A stretch of 64,000 bases of DNA from Scenedesmus sp. PABB004 (lineage: Eukaryota). Every line of letters begins with the position of its first letter. The first letter of the stretch is position 1. A program made the position numbers and the translations under genes. The stretch spans positions 434,001-498,000 of the forward strand of contig JABVCE010000013.1 in NCBI GenBank assembly GCA_014905635.1, read 5' to 3'. The notes beneath the pieces are model-generated. The model was not told the DNA's origin. It searched no databases and worked only from the letters and a program-made list of their open reading frames with translations. Below are positions 11,174-23,641 of the stretch, in pieces.

Positions 11174-13486
11174 TCACGACGCGCACTCCACGACGACCGC
11201 GCCCCGCGCGCACGTCTGCATCACGGCGCAATCGCGGTCGCGCACGCCGCCGCAGTCGCGCACGACGACGCGCGGCACCGCGCGGCTCGCCACCAGCGCC
11301 GCGAGCTCGAGCGCGCTGAGGTCGTGGCAGCGCGTCAGCTCCACGCACTCCAGCGCCGGCAGCTGGCGCGCGAGTTGGGACAGGAGCGGCGGCTGGACCA
11401 TGAACCCGCCCAGCAGGCGGCTGCCGCGCAGCTCCACGACGCGCAGGTCGGCCTGGCGCCGCCAGAGCAAGACGTCCTCTTCCGAGTTGTACGTGTCCCC
11501 GAGCTCGGCCGCGTCCTGCGGGCGAGGGCGAGCCGCGGCCGGCGGCCGCGGGCGGCGTGGTCCCCGGCCGGCGGCGGCCCGGGGCGCGCGGGGGCGCGGG
11601 GGCAGTTCGGGCGCGCCGGCGCCGGGGGCCTCACCCGCGAGATCATGAGCACGAGTTTGGTCAGCCCCGGCAGCCGCGCGAGGCCGCCCCCGCCGAGGCT
11701 GGCCGCCGCGGCGAGCCCGCCGGGCGCGCCGAGCCGCATCTCGAGCCGCAGCTCGCGCAGACCCGGCAGCGCGGCGAGGCCCGGCCAGCCCGCGTGGCCG
11801 TCGAGCGCGGCCAGGTCGCCGAGCTCGAGCGCGGCGAGCCGCGGCGGCGGCGGCGTGAACGCGTCGCGCGCGGTGGCGGCCTCTGACTCCTGGAACGCGA
11901 CGCCGAGCTCATAGAGGTTCACACCGCTGTCGATGAGCTCGGTCAGGTTGGGCGAGAGGGAGGCAATCGGCGCCTTGCACACCAGGCCCGCGTGCAGGCG
12001 CCGCAGCGCGCCCAGCGCCGGCAGCGCCGCGCCCGGCGGCGGCGCCGGCGCCGGCGCCGCGCCGCCCGCCGGCCCCTCCTCGGCGCCGCCGGGCGCGAGC
12101 GCCAGCCGCTCCGCGCGCGCCGCCAGCAGCGCCGCAGCCTCGGCGTCGACCGCCGCGCTGCGGCCGCCCGGGCCGGCGTGGCCCGGCTGCAGCACGAGTG
12201 CGCCGAGCCGCAGCGCGGTCAGGCCGGCGCAGGCCGCGAGGGGCGCGAGCCAGGCGCTGGAGACGGCGCTGCCGACGTCGTACTGCAGGGATAGGCTGCG
12301 CAGGCCGCGCAGGCCCGCGATCGCCTCGAAGCAGCCCGGCGCGGCGTCGCACGCGGTCACCTCGAGCGCCGTCAGCCCGCTGCAGTGCGCGGCCCACTCG
12401 AGCGCCCAGCCGTGGCGCCAGATGTTGTCGTAGCCGAAGCAGCGCAGGTCGCGCAGCGACGGCGCGAGCCCCGCGACCGCGGCGGCGGGGGAGAGCTTGT
12501 CGGCCAGCACCGTGCCCATCGCGAGCCGTGTCAGACGCGTGAGCGGCGCGACGGCGGCGAGGAAGATTGGCTCCGACAGCGACGCCCACCGCGCGTCGGG
12601 GCGCTCGGGGTCGCCCTGCGCGCGCAGGCGCGCGCGAGAGCGCGGGCGTGGGTGAGAGCGCAGCGGCGCGGCGTCGCACGCGCGCGCGGCGCGGCGATGC
12701 GTCGCCGCCACGCCAGCGGCGTGACCCGGCCTGCGGGCCGGCCGTCGCACCTGCATGACGAGCGCGCGCAGCGCCGTGAGGCTGCCCACGGCGGCCGCGA
12801 GCTGGGGCTCCTGCGCCAGCAGCCGGTGCCACTGTGCGTCCAGCTCCAGGCGCCGCACGCCGCCGAGCGCTGCGGGCGGGGCGCGGCGCCGGCGGCGGGC
12901 GTCGCGCGCCGGCCGCGCGCGCCGGCCGCACGCGCGCGGGCTCTCTCAGGCGGGCGGCCCCCGCGCTGCGCCGCGCCTCACCCGGCAGCTGCGCGGCGAG
13001 CAGGTTGAGCGCCCCGGCTCTCTCGTCGTCCGACAGCGGCGCGCGGCTCGTGCTCACGAGGCGCAGGCACGCGAGGCGCGGCGCAAACGCGGCGACCGTC
13101 GCGAGCAGCCCCAGCTGGCTGTGGCCCAGCGTGAGCTCCGCCAGCGCCGGTAGGCCAAGCGCGGCGATCGCAGCGAGCTGCTGGCTCGGCGCGTCGGACG
13201 CGAGCGCCGACAGGTCGAGCGCGGCGACGTGCGGCCGCGCGAGGCGCAGCGCGACGGGCAGGCTGCCCGCGCCGCCGCTGCCGCCGCGGTCGCCGCCGCT
13301 CGCCGCCGCGCCGGCGGTGAGGCGCAGCCCGTGCGCGCCGTCGACGATGCGCAGCATCTTGCGGCTCACCGCGCGCAGGCGGGCCTTGAGGTGCGGCGGC
13401 ACGCTCGTCACGAGCTGCTGCAGGAAGCTCCCCGGCAGCGCCTGCAGGCAGCCCGGCACCTGGTCGTCCGCCCAGTCCAGCGTCAT
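11174..13486 (-). CDS. Leucine-rich repeat protein with F-box-like N-terminus (4 exons)
   Basis: ATG 13486; LQALPGSFLQQLVTSVPPHLKARLRAVSR; repeated LxxLxxLxL units; GT-AG introns near 12980, 12751 and 11634; stop 11174-11176. Confidence 0.72.
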
Positions 13487-13849
13487 CGCGCCGCCGCGCT
13501 GCTGCTGCCGGCGCCGCGCTGCTGCTGCCGGCGCCGCTGCTGCTGCCGGCGGAGCGAGCGCGAACGGCGATTCGAGCGTGATCCAAGCGGCGCAAGGGCC
13601 GCGGGCAGGGCGGGCGGGGCGTTCACCGCCGCCGCTGCTGCCGCTGTTTGCTGCTGCCGCCGCAAACGCAGCGAGCGCGGTGTGCGCGCGGCCGACGCCA
13701 GGTGGGGGGAGTGCACCGCTCCGTGTGGCACTCGCAGCCAGGGACGTGCAACTTGCAACAGCGCGCGAGTGCTCACGGGAGCGGTTCTGCGCGGCGCAAG
13801 CCCCCCGAGCTCAGGCCCCGGGAAACAACCTCCCCACCCCGAGCCCAGG

Positions 13850-15263
13850 TCAGCCGCCGCCGCGCTGGCGCAGCGACTCGATGAAGCCGCCCACCGCCGC
13901 CGCCGCGGCGCGGAGCTCGCCCTCGGGCCGCACGAGCGCGAAGCGCACGTGCCCCGCGCCGCCGGGGCCGAACCCGCGCCCCGGCGCGAGCGCGACGCCC
14001 GTGGCGGCGACGAGCTGCTCGCAGAACGCGACGTCGTCCCCGCCGGCCACGCCGTCGGGCAGGCGCGCCCACACGTACATGCACGCGCGCGGCGCGGGCT
14101 GCGCCCAGCCGTGCGCGGCGAGCGCGTCGACGAGCGCGGCGGCGCGGCGCTCCCACACGGCCGCGTAGTCTCGCGTGACACTGGGCGGCAGGCGCAGGCA
14201 GGCGACGCCCATGCGCTGGATGCCAAGGTATTGATTAAAGTCGATCGGCGCCTGCCCAAGGCGGCAGGCAGGCGGGGATGGCGGGGCGGCGGAGGCGAGT
14301 GGGCGTGTCGGGCGGTCAGGCACCGGCGCTCGCCCGCGCGCCTCAAACGCCCCCGCGCGCATGCGCGGCGGCTGCCGCCCCTCCGCGGGCGGGCGGGCGG
14401 GCGGGCGGGCGGGCGGGCGGGCGGGCGGCGCACCTTGACAGCCTCCAGCGCCGCGAGCGCGGGCGCGCAGCCGAGCGCAAAGCCGAGCCGGAAGCCGCCG
14501 AGCTGCCACGACTTGGCAAAGCTAAACAGCTCGACCACGCGCGCCGACGCGCCCGGCAGCGCCAGCGGGGACACCGCGGCGGGCGCGTCAAACACCTGCG
14601 CGGCGGTCGGCGGTCGGCGGCCGTCGGCGCGCCCCGCGCCGCCCCGAGCGCGGCGCGGCGGGCGGCACACGGCCGCGCGCCGACGGCCGGCACGCGGGCG
14701 CCGCTCGGCGACTGGCGGCGCCGCCACGCGTGCGCGCGCGCGCCTGGTGGACGTAGGGGTTGTCGTGAATGAGCAGCAGGTCGTGCTTCTCAGCAAACGC
14801 CAGCACGCGCGCCCACCACGCCTCGTCGGCGACCGCGCCCGTCGGGTTGCACGGCACGTTGAGCAGCAGCGCCGTCGCGGCGGCCGCGTCGCCGGGCGAC
14901 ACCGCGCTGAGGTCGGCGAGCCGCGTCGCCGGGTCGAGCGGCACTAGCGCCGTGCGCAGCCCCGCGACCTTGGCTGCGGGCCGGCGGCGCGGCGCGGCGC
15001 GGCGACGTCAGGGCGGCCGCGCGGCGCGGGGGCCCGCGCCGCGCCCCTCCAGGCAGGCAGGCGTGCAGCCTGAGCCTCACCCGCGCCAAAGTAGCTCGGG
15101 TAGGCCACGTCCGTCAGCAGCAGCGTGTCGCCCGGGTCCGTGACCGCCAGCAGCAGGTGCGCGAGGCCCTCCTGCGCCGCGCGGCGGCGGGCGGCGCGGC
15201 GCGGGCTGGAGCCCCCGCTGCCGCGCGCGCCCCGCGGGCGCGCTGCCACCGCCGGCGCGCTGC

Positions 15264-15311
<48 letters not shown>

Positions 15312-15772
15312 GCGCACCTGCGAGCCCACGAGGCTTAGCGCCTGGGTCGCCGGGTCCAGCCGCACGCCGTACGTGCGCGCGTACCAGTCGCACGCCGCCT
15401 CGAGCAGCGGCATCGTCCCCGACTTGAGGCAGTACTTGTGCGCGGCCGGGTCTGACAGCGACGCCTGCGGCGGTGACGGCGGCGGCCGGGGTCACTCTTC
15501 GTGCCTCCGCGGCGGCTGCCGCCTCAGGCGGCGGCGGCCGGGGTCACTCTTCGTGCCGCCGCGGCGGCTGCGGCGGCGGCTGCCCCGCGGCAGGGCCGCC
15601 AGCCGCGCGGCACCTGCAGCGCGTCGAGCGCCTCCTGCGGCGGCGGCAGGTCGCTGCTGCCGACCGAGAGGTCGACGATGGCCTTGCCGGCGCGCGCCGC
15701 AGCGGTCTTTGCTCGGTCCATCGTCAGGAAGGCGTCCGACTGCGGCGTCCGCGCCGAGCGCAGCTTCGGCAT
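13850..15772 (-). CDS. PLP-dependent class I/II aminotransferase (bacterial DapL/AlaC-like), 6 exons
   Basis: [51 protein letters not shown]-lysine motif [38 protein letters not shown]. Confidence 0.9.
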
Positions 15773-16239
15773 CGTGCCGGCGTCTGCTGCTGCTGCTGCT
15801 GTTGCTGTGCTGCCGTGGCCCAGGCGGAGACCGTGAGCACAGCGGGCGGCGGCCAGCGGCGGACGGCGGCAGCAGCAGGGAGCGCGTTGATCACGGCGGT
15901 CTGTGTGAGCGCGACGGCGGCATCGCGGAGGGGGGGGCGCCTGGCGCGCGCGGGGCTGTGCTGAATCGCGACTTGAAGCTCGTCAGTTGCGCCGCGAACA
16001 GAGAGCCGCCATCAGTCGTTCGCCGCTGGCTGTGCTCGCCGCGTCCATCAACGCCGCGCCGGCGTGCCGCGACACCGCGGGCGTGCTGCGACACTGGTGG
16101 CCACCATCGCGCAGCAGACCTGGCCGCGCTCTCACCGGCCGCAGCAGCCCGCGCAGCGTCCCGGGCGCGCCCTCTCGTGCTACTCAGCAGGCTCTCGGCC
16201 TGCAGGCGGCCGTCGCTCCTCCCGCGCGCCGCGGCCGCC

Positions 16240-19200
16240 ATGAGCGCGAGCAGCGGCGGCAAGCGCGCCGTCCTCTGGTTCCGCAAGGTGCGCGCGCGCC
16301 CGCGCGCCGGCGGTGTGGCTCATCCGCCGCGCCCGAGCCGCCAGCGGGGGCGCGGCCCGGCGATCGATCGCGGCGGCGGGCGCGGCCCGACGCGCGCGCG
16401 CCCGGCGCCGCGCTCCGCGCCGGTCGCAGGGCCTGCGCCTGCACGACAACCCGGCGCTGCTGGAGGCGTGCGCGGGCGCGTCGGCGGTGTACCCGGTGTT
16501 CATCATCGACCCCCACTTCCTGACGGCCAGCGCCTACAAGTGCGCGGCGGGCCGCGGGCCGGCGGCGGCGCGCGCGCGGCCGCGAACGTGCCGGCGGCGC
16601 GCGCGGCGCGCGGCGCTCTCTCCTGACCGGCCACGCTCGCACCCTGCGCCGCCAGGGTGGGCGTGAACCGCTACAACTTCCTGCTGGAGAGCCTCGCCGA
16701 CCTCGACGCGAGGCGCGCGCGCGCGGCGCGGGGCGGGGCGGGCGGGCCGCGCGCGCGCGCGCGTGCGCCGCGCCTGTGGGCCGCGCGGCGCCAGCGGCCG
16801 CGGACGCGCCTGCGGGCGCCGCTTGCCCGCCTCGCGCCGCGCCGCGCCGCCAACGGCCCGCCGCCCGCCGCCGCCGCAGCCTGCGCGCCAAGGGCTCGCG
16901 GCTGCTGGTGCTGCGGGGCAAGCCCCTGGAGGTGCTGCCGCGCGTGTTCAAGGTCCGCGCCGCGCCGGCAGAGCGCGGCGCCGCTGCCGCGCCCGCGGCC
17001 CCGGCCGCCCACCCTGCTGCACACTCCACCGCTGCGCCCTCGCAGGACTGGGGCGTGACCCAGCTGTGCTTTGAGGTTGACACCGAGCCCTACGCCAAGC
17101 GCCGCGACGCGGACGTGGCCGCCGCGGCCGCCGCGGCGGGCGTCGCGGTGTCCGCGCACGTCAGCCACACCCTCTATGTGCGCCGTGCGCCGCGCGCCGC
17201 GCGCCGGGCGCCCAGGAGGGGGGTGGGAGGCGCCGCCGCCGCTGCTGCGCCCATTCGATCCTCGCCCGCCCTCGGCGTTGACCGCGCCGCGCCGTGCCGC
17301 GCCCGCGCCCGAGCCCGCGCCCGCGCCGCGCCGCGCCGCGCCCGCGCCGCAGGACACCGACGTCCTGCTGCGCGCGGCGGGGGGCAAGGCGCCGCTGACG
17401 ATGCAGGCCTTCACCAAGCTGGTGGACAAGGCGCGGCGCGGCGGGCAGGGGAGGAGGGGCCGACCCCCGGGGGCCCTGGGGCGCAGGACCGCGCTGGGGG
17501 CGGCGCCCCCGCGCGCCTCCCGCCCGCGCGCCCGCCGACGGCGCTGCCCCCGCCCCGCCGCCGCCGCGCCCGCGCAGGTCGGCGACCCGCCGAAGCCGCT
17601 GCCCGCGCCCGGCGCGGTGCCGCCGCCGGGCCCGCTGGGCGCGTGGGGCGACGGCTCGACCGGCGTGCCCAGCCTGGCGGAGGTTGGGTTCACCGAGGCG
17701 CCGACCACGATCTTTAAGGTGCGGCGCTGCTCGCTGCTGCCAGGGGGCGCTGCTGCCGCGCGGCGCCTGCCGCCCGTGCGTCGTGCATCGTGCGGCGCCG
17801 GCAGGCCCGGACGCCGCGCGGCCCGCCCTCCTAGCCCTGCTGCGCGCCGCCGCGCCCCCCCCCCCCCCTCCCACGCACACTCTCACCCTGGCCACCCACC
17901 CCCACGCTCCCGTGCTGCGCGCGCAGGGCGGCGAGTCGGTCGCGCTGTCGCGCCTGGAGGCGAGCCTCGCGGACGCCAAGTGGGTGTGCGGCTTTGAGAA
18001 GCCGGCGACCGACCCTTCCGCCTTCACGCGCCCCGCGACGACCGTGCTGAGCCCGCACCTCAAGTTTGGCTGCCTCTCGCCGCGCCTCTTCCACGCGCGG
18101 CTGGCCGCCGTCTACAAGGCCGCGCGCGGCGCGCACAGCAAGCCGCCCGTGTCGCTCCGCGGGCAGCTGCTCTGGCGCGAGTTCTTCTACACTGTGAGGG
18201 CGCTGCGCGCTGCACGTGCTGCGCGCGCTGTGCCCCGCGCTGCGCGCGCTGTGCCCTGTGCTGCACGCGCTGTGCCGCCCAGCTCCCGCGCGCTGGCGCC
18301 TGCCTCGCTGCGCCTGCCTCGCCGCGCGCGTGGGGCCGCCCGCGCGGCCCGCCGCCCACGCACGCGCGCGCGCGCGCGCCCGCCCGCCGTCACGCAGGTC
18401 GGCAGCGTGACGCCCCACTTCAACGCCATGGCCGGCAACCCCCTCGCCAAGCAGATCCCCTGGGACACCAACCCCGCGCTGCTCGCGGCGTGGCGCGAGG
18501 GCCGCACCGGTGCGCGCCGCCGCGCCGCCGCGCCGCCGCGCCGCCGCGCCGCCGCGGCGCGCAGCGCGCTCGCTTGCCAGCTCGCTGGCTGCCGCTGGCG
18601 CCGGCGCCAGCGGCGCTCCCCCCCCCCCCACAAACACCCTAAACCCTGCCCCCCCCCCTCCTCCAAACCCTCAAAGGCTACCCCTGGATCGATGCGGCGA
18701 TGCGGCAGCTGGCCGAGTGGGGGTGGATGCACCACCTCGCGCGGCACAGCGTCGCGTGCTTCCTCACGCGCGGCGACCTCTTCCTGCACTGGGAGGCGGG
18801 GCAGGCGGTGTTTGAGGAGCTGCTGCTCGACGCGGTGAGGCGGCGACCGCCGCGCCGCCGCGCGGGCGCGCGCCGAGGCTGTCGCGCGGCGCGGCGCGCG
18901 CGGCGTGCTGCGCGCTGCCAGGCCGCCGCGGGGGCGCGCGCCTCGGCTGCTCCCGCCCCTCGTCCGCCACCTCGCCCCCCTGCCTCACCCACACCCTCCT
19001 CCCCCGCTCGCCTCCGTCACTCACCTCCTTCACACTCACCTCCGTCACACTCACCTCTCCCCGCCGCCTTTTTCACCACCTACACACACACACCCGCCCA
19101 CCCACCCCCCTCCCGACTCCCGCCCAGGACCACTTCCTCAACGCCGCCAACTGGCTCTGGCTCTCCTCCTCTGCCTTCTTCGCCCAGTACTATCGCGTCT

Positions 19201-19878
19201 ACTCGCCCGTCACGTTTGGCAAAAAGTACGACCCCGAGGGCAAGTTCATTCGCCGCTTCGTGCCCGCGCTGGCGCGCCTGCCGTCAAAGTACATCTACGA
19301 GCCCTGGACCGCGCCGCTCGACGTGCAGACGCGGTGCGCGGCGGCCGCGCGCTGCCCGCCGCCGCGCCGCCGCGCCGCCGCGCCGCCGCGCCGCCGCGCC
19401 GCCGCGCGGCTCGCGCCGCCGCCGCGCCCGTTGTTTTCCATCTAAAATCGCGCTCGAAACCCGCTTTGTTTAAACGCCGCGGCCGCGCAGCGCGGGCGTG
19501 GTGATCGGCAAGGACTACCCCTACCCCGTGGTCGACCACACCGCCATCTCAAAGGTCAACATGGCTCGCATGAAGGCGGCCTACGAGGCCAACCGCACGG
19601 GCGGCGGCAGCGCCGGCGGCGGCGCCGGCGGCGAAGCGGGCGAGGCGAGCGAGGCGGGCGACGCGGGCGGCGCGCCGGCGGGCGGGGGCGGCGGCGCCGG
19701 CCGGCGCCGGCGCAACGCGTCGCCGCCCGCGGCGGCGCCCGGCGGCGGCGCCGCCCGCGGCGGCGGCGGCAAGAAGCAGCGCACCGTGCCCGAGGTGCTC
19801 GCGGCGGCCGCGGCCGCCGCCGCGAGCAGCGGCGCGGCGGCCGCCAACGGCAGCTACGCCGTGGTGCCCGAGCTGTGA
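16240..19878 (+). CDS. UVR3: (6-4) photolyase / animal-like cryptochrome family, 12 exons
   Basis: [57 protein letters not shown], catalytic [52 protein letters not shown]; all 11 introns traced. Confidence 0.95.
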
Positions 19879-20537
19879 TGCGACGACTGACCGCGACGGT
19901 TGACCGCGACGGCTGACCGCGCGGCGGTCGCGAGTGCGGGCGCGGCGCACGCCGCGCGCCTCGCGGCGCGCCACGAGAGTTATCACTTGGGCCTTGCTGA
20001 CGCGCGAGGGGGGTGGTGCGGCTTGCTGCTGCCGCGGTGCGGGGCGGTCCAAAGTTAATGAAGCCGCGCACCCGGCGGTGGCGGGTCTTTGTCTCTCTTT
20101 GACTTTGCAGGCGGGACTGCTCAATCAATCAACGCCGCGGGCGGCGGCGCCCATTGGCGCCCCGCCCTGCAGGCGCGGCGCGCGTGTTGAGCGAGTGTGT
20201 GTCGTGCAACGGTCACGTTGAGGTCTGGCGTCGGGGCCCGCGCGTGGTGGTTGAGCAGCCTGCCACGCGCAGCGCACGCCTTGCGTGCTGCTGCTTCTGC
20301 GCCGCAGCTGCCAGCGACGCCGCCGCCGCAGCCCGCGCTCCGGGATCAGCGGCACCAGCGGGCGCCCCGCGTCCGCCGCTGCCGGTGCCACCTGGCCTCG
20401 CAGCGTGCCGGCACACGTGCTCAGGCGCTGGACGTGGCACCACGTGCAGCCCTGGGACGCGGGCGCGGCGCGCGGAGGGCCAGCTGCGGCGCGGCATCGT
20501 CGCCGCCACCCGCGGCCCTCCAACGCACGCCGCTCGC

Positions 20538-21329
20538 ATGGGGCAGCCCGCACACGCCCGCGCGCCGCAGGACGGCGCGCCACTGCTGAACTGCGCCGAG
20601 ACAGCGCAGCCAGCGGGCGAGGCGGCCGAGCCGCCGCAGCTGCCGCTGGCGGTCAGCTGCGCTGAATCGGCGCAGCCAGCGGGCGAGGCGGGCGAGCCGC
20701 CGCAGCTGCCGACAGCGCTGGTGCTGACAGTGCTGGAGCTGCTGCCGGGATCCCAGGTCGCGTGGAGTGCGCGGCGTGTGTGCCGTGCCGCGCGCGACCA
20801 CTTCGAGGGCGCGACGCGCATCTCGCTGTGCTGCCCGCACCTGCCCCCGGTGGCCGTGCAGGAGGCGTGGCGGCGCCTGGGCGCGAGCGGCGCGACGCTC
20901 CAGCAGCGGCAGCTCGCGCGCGCCCGCGCGGCGGCGGGCGATATCGCCGGACTCAGCTGGCTGCTCTGGCGAGGGTGCATCCTGGACAGCGTGGCCGCGG
21001 GCGCCGCGGGCGCGGGGCAGCTCGCCGTGCTGGAGTGGGCGCAGCGGCAGCACGACGAGCGCGCGGTGGATGTGGGGCTGGACGTGCGCGCGTCGGCCGA
21101 GGCGGCGGGCGCGGGGCAGCTCGACGCGCTCGCGTGGTGCCGCCGGCAGATGGTGCCGTGGGACGCCTCCGTCGCGTCGGCCGCGGCGGCGGGCGGGCAG
21201 CTCGCGGCGCTGCGCTGGCTGCGGGCGCGGGGCTGCCCGCTGGACCGCGCCGACGCGGTGAGGGCTGCCACCTACTACGGCCAGACCCACGTGGTCGACT
21301 GGCTGGAGCGCGGCGGCGGCGGCGCGTGA
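20538..21329 (+). CDS. Intronless ankyrin-like repeat protein with F-box-like N-terminus
   Basis: QLPTALVLTVLELLP...ARRVCRAAR, then repeats AAGAGQLAVLEW, AAGAGQLDALAW, AAAGGQLAALRWLRARGCPLD; internal 66-bp duplication at ~20592-20713; start codon uncertain. Confidence 0.75.
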   Translation: MGQPAHARAPQDGAPLLNCAETAQPAGEAAEPPQLPLAVSCAESAQPAGEAGEPPQLPTALVLTVLELLPGSQVAWSARRVCRAARDHFEGATRISLCCPHLPPVAVQEAWRRLGASGATLQQRQLARARAAAGDIAGLSWLLWRGCILDSVAAGAAGAGQLAVLEWAQRQHDERAVDVGLDVRASAEAAGAGQLDALAWCRRQMVPWDASVASAAAAGGQLAALRWLRARGCPLDRADAVRAATYYGQTHVVDWLERGGGGA

Positions 21330-21476
21330 GCGGCGCGTGAGCGGCGCGTGAGCGGTGCGTGAGCGCGCGGGTAACGGCGACCACAGCGCGCTGAGTCAGT
21401 CTGTCACAGAGGGGTCAGGGGGCGCCCTCCGCGACCAGACGCCACACACCCTCCGCAGCAGGCCAGGGGCGCGCCG

Positions 21477-22872
21477 TCACGCGCGGAAGCTCTCCGCCGC
21501 GGCGCGCAGCTTGTCCTGCGCCGCGGCCCACTGCTTGTCGCTCGCCGACGCGACAAAGAGCAGCGCGAGGTCGCCCTTGGTCGTCACGCTCGACACGCTG
21601 TGCGGGCCCTCCTTGGCGTACGGCGCGTTGAGCTCATACATGTAGTACGTGCGCCCGTCCTCCTGCAAGCGCGGCGCGCGCGGCTCAGCAGCCGCGCCTC
21701 TCAGCGGCGGACGCGGGCGCGCGCGCGCGCTCGCGGAGGCGTTGCCGCGCGGTCACGTGTACGCACCTGCTTCTTGGCGCTGACGCTGACCACGTCCTCG
21801 TCGTCCAGGAAGGTGCCCGTGATGTAGCTGCCAAGGCTGCTCAGCAGGCCCTCGGGCGAGCCGACCTCCTCGATGCGCGCCTCCTTCTGCCGCGTCAGCT
21901 TGACCTGCGCCGCGGGGCGCGCCGCCGCTGAGCGGCCGCACTGCGCGCGCGGGCCGGCCGGCGCCCGCCGCGAGCCGCCGCTGCGCGCTGAGCGACCGCT
22001 GCGCGCGCGGGCCGCGCTGCGCGTGCACGGGCCGGCCGGCGCCCGCCGCGTGCCGGCGGTGCCGCACCAGGGGGCTCACGATGACCACGATCTTGCCCTC
22101 CGTCGGGCTCGAAAAGATCACCTGGCGCGCCGCGGCGGGGCGCAGGTGGGGCGGCGCGCTGCCGCTGCACCGCCGCTGGTGCCGCCGGCGCGGCCCCCCG
22201 CTCACCTCCGTCCACGGCTCGTCGCAACGCGGCTGGCAGAAATTGCCACTGAGGATGTTTGCGACCTGCGGCGAGCACGCGGCGGCCGGCGTGAGCCTGG
22301 CGGCGGCGGCGACGCCATGGATGGATGGATGGCGCCGCGCGGCGCCGCCGCAGCGCCGCCGCGGCGCACCTTGCCCTCCCTGAACTTGGGCGGCAGCGCG
22401 AAGCGGTACGGGCTGTCCGGCTTGACCGTTCCCGCGCGCAGTGCGGGCGTCTTCTTGGCGTCGGGCACGAAGAGCACCAGGTCGTCCACCCCCGCCGGCG
22501 GCAGGTACGTCCCCACCTCTGGCAGCTGCGGCTGAGCACCTGCGTGCGGGTGGCGGGTGTCACGACCGGCGGCGGAGGGCGCTGACGCCAGTAGCACCCG
22601 CCGGCTGCAGCGGGCGCAGCGGCGGCATCTCCGACGCGCGCCGCCGCACCCGCGAGCGCCGCGCCAGGCGCGCCGCCGCCAGCAGCGACCAGGCTCAGCG
22701 CCAGGCCGCCCAGCTCCAGCAGCGCGCCCCGCCGCGACGGGCCGGCATCGCCGCCCGGGGCAGAGGCACCAGCCCGCACTGCTGCTGCTGCGCGCGGGGG
22801 CGCTGCCCGCCGCGGCGCCGCCCGCGCGCGCGCGGTGCTGCAGCTGCCCGAGCTGAACGCGGTGAGGCGCAT
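21477..22872 (-). CDS. PPD6: PsbP domain-containing protein 6 (thylakoid lumen), 6 exons
   Basis: Transit peptide with twin-Arg SRRGALL; TPALRAG, YRFALPP, K|VANILSGNFCQPRCDEPWTE|V, DGRTYYMYELNAPYA, LFVASASDKQW. Confidence 0.9.
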
Positions 22873-23641
22873 TGCGGCGGGCGCGGCGCGGCCTGCTGGA
22901 GCGTGCGGGGCGATGCTGCTCTCCGCGCGTGTGGCTGTGGCCGGGCGCGAGCGTGCGGGGACGCGGCTGACGGCTGTTGTGGGGCGGGCGGCGGGCAGGC
23001 GGGAGTGCCGGCGCTGCAGCGCGCCGAGCGCCTGACCGCTGCGCCGCCGAGCGCTGCGCCGCCGCACCCGCCGCGCCGCAGTGAGCGAGCTCCGTTAAAG
23101 AAGATCGGCCTCCACAAATACTAGGCTGCTGTGATTCCGCGCACGCAAACGCGGCAACACTGCCGCCCACGAAGTGCAGAGCGGTCCATGGCACCCACCC
23201 ACCCTGCGCCCGCCGCTCCGGCGCGCAGGCGGCCCGGCCGCGCGGGCCGGCCCGCCTGCAGCGGCCTGGCGGCGCACAACGCACCCAACACGCGAGCGCG
23301 CAACAGACACACCGCGCCCACAGCCAACCAAAGAAAGCGGTCACCCCGGCACGCAGCGCGTGCCAGCCCCCACCGACCTGCGCGCGCAGCGCAGCGCCGG
23401 CACGGACGCGCGCGGCACGGCCGCGGCGCCCCCGCCGGCACGCGCGCGGCTGCGAGGCCCTGCCCAGACCCCAGAGCGACCGGCAACGGCGACCGCACCG
23501 TCTCAGCCGGCGCGGGCGGGCGCGCGGCGCCCGGGGGCGAACGCCGCCGCCCCGCGCGCGCGCGCGCGCGCGCGCCCGCGCCGCCGCCGGGCGCCCCGCC
23601 CCGGCGGGCGCCTCGCTTCAGTTGGTTGCTCCTCCTCCGCC

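Noticed and set aside
15479..15558. ~27-bp direct repeat (GGCGGCCGGGGTCACTCTTCGTGCC) x2 in an aminotransferase intron
   Set aside because: Only two copies; simple local duplication, not CRISPR or a recognisable element.
19430..19480. AT-rich island in the last photolyase intron
   Set aside because: Too short, with no C/D or H/ACA boxes.
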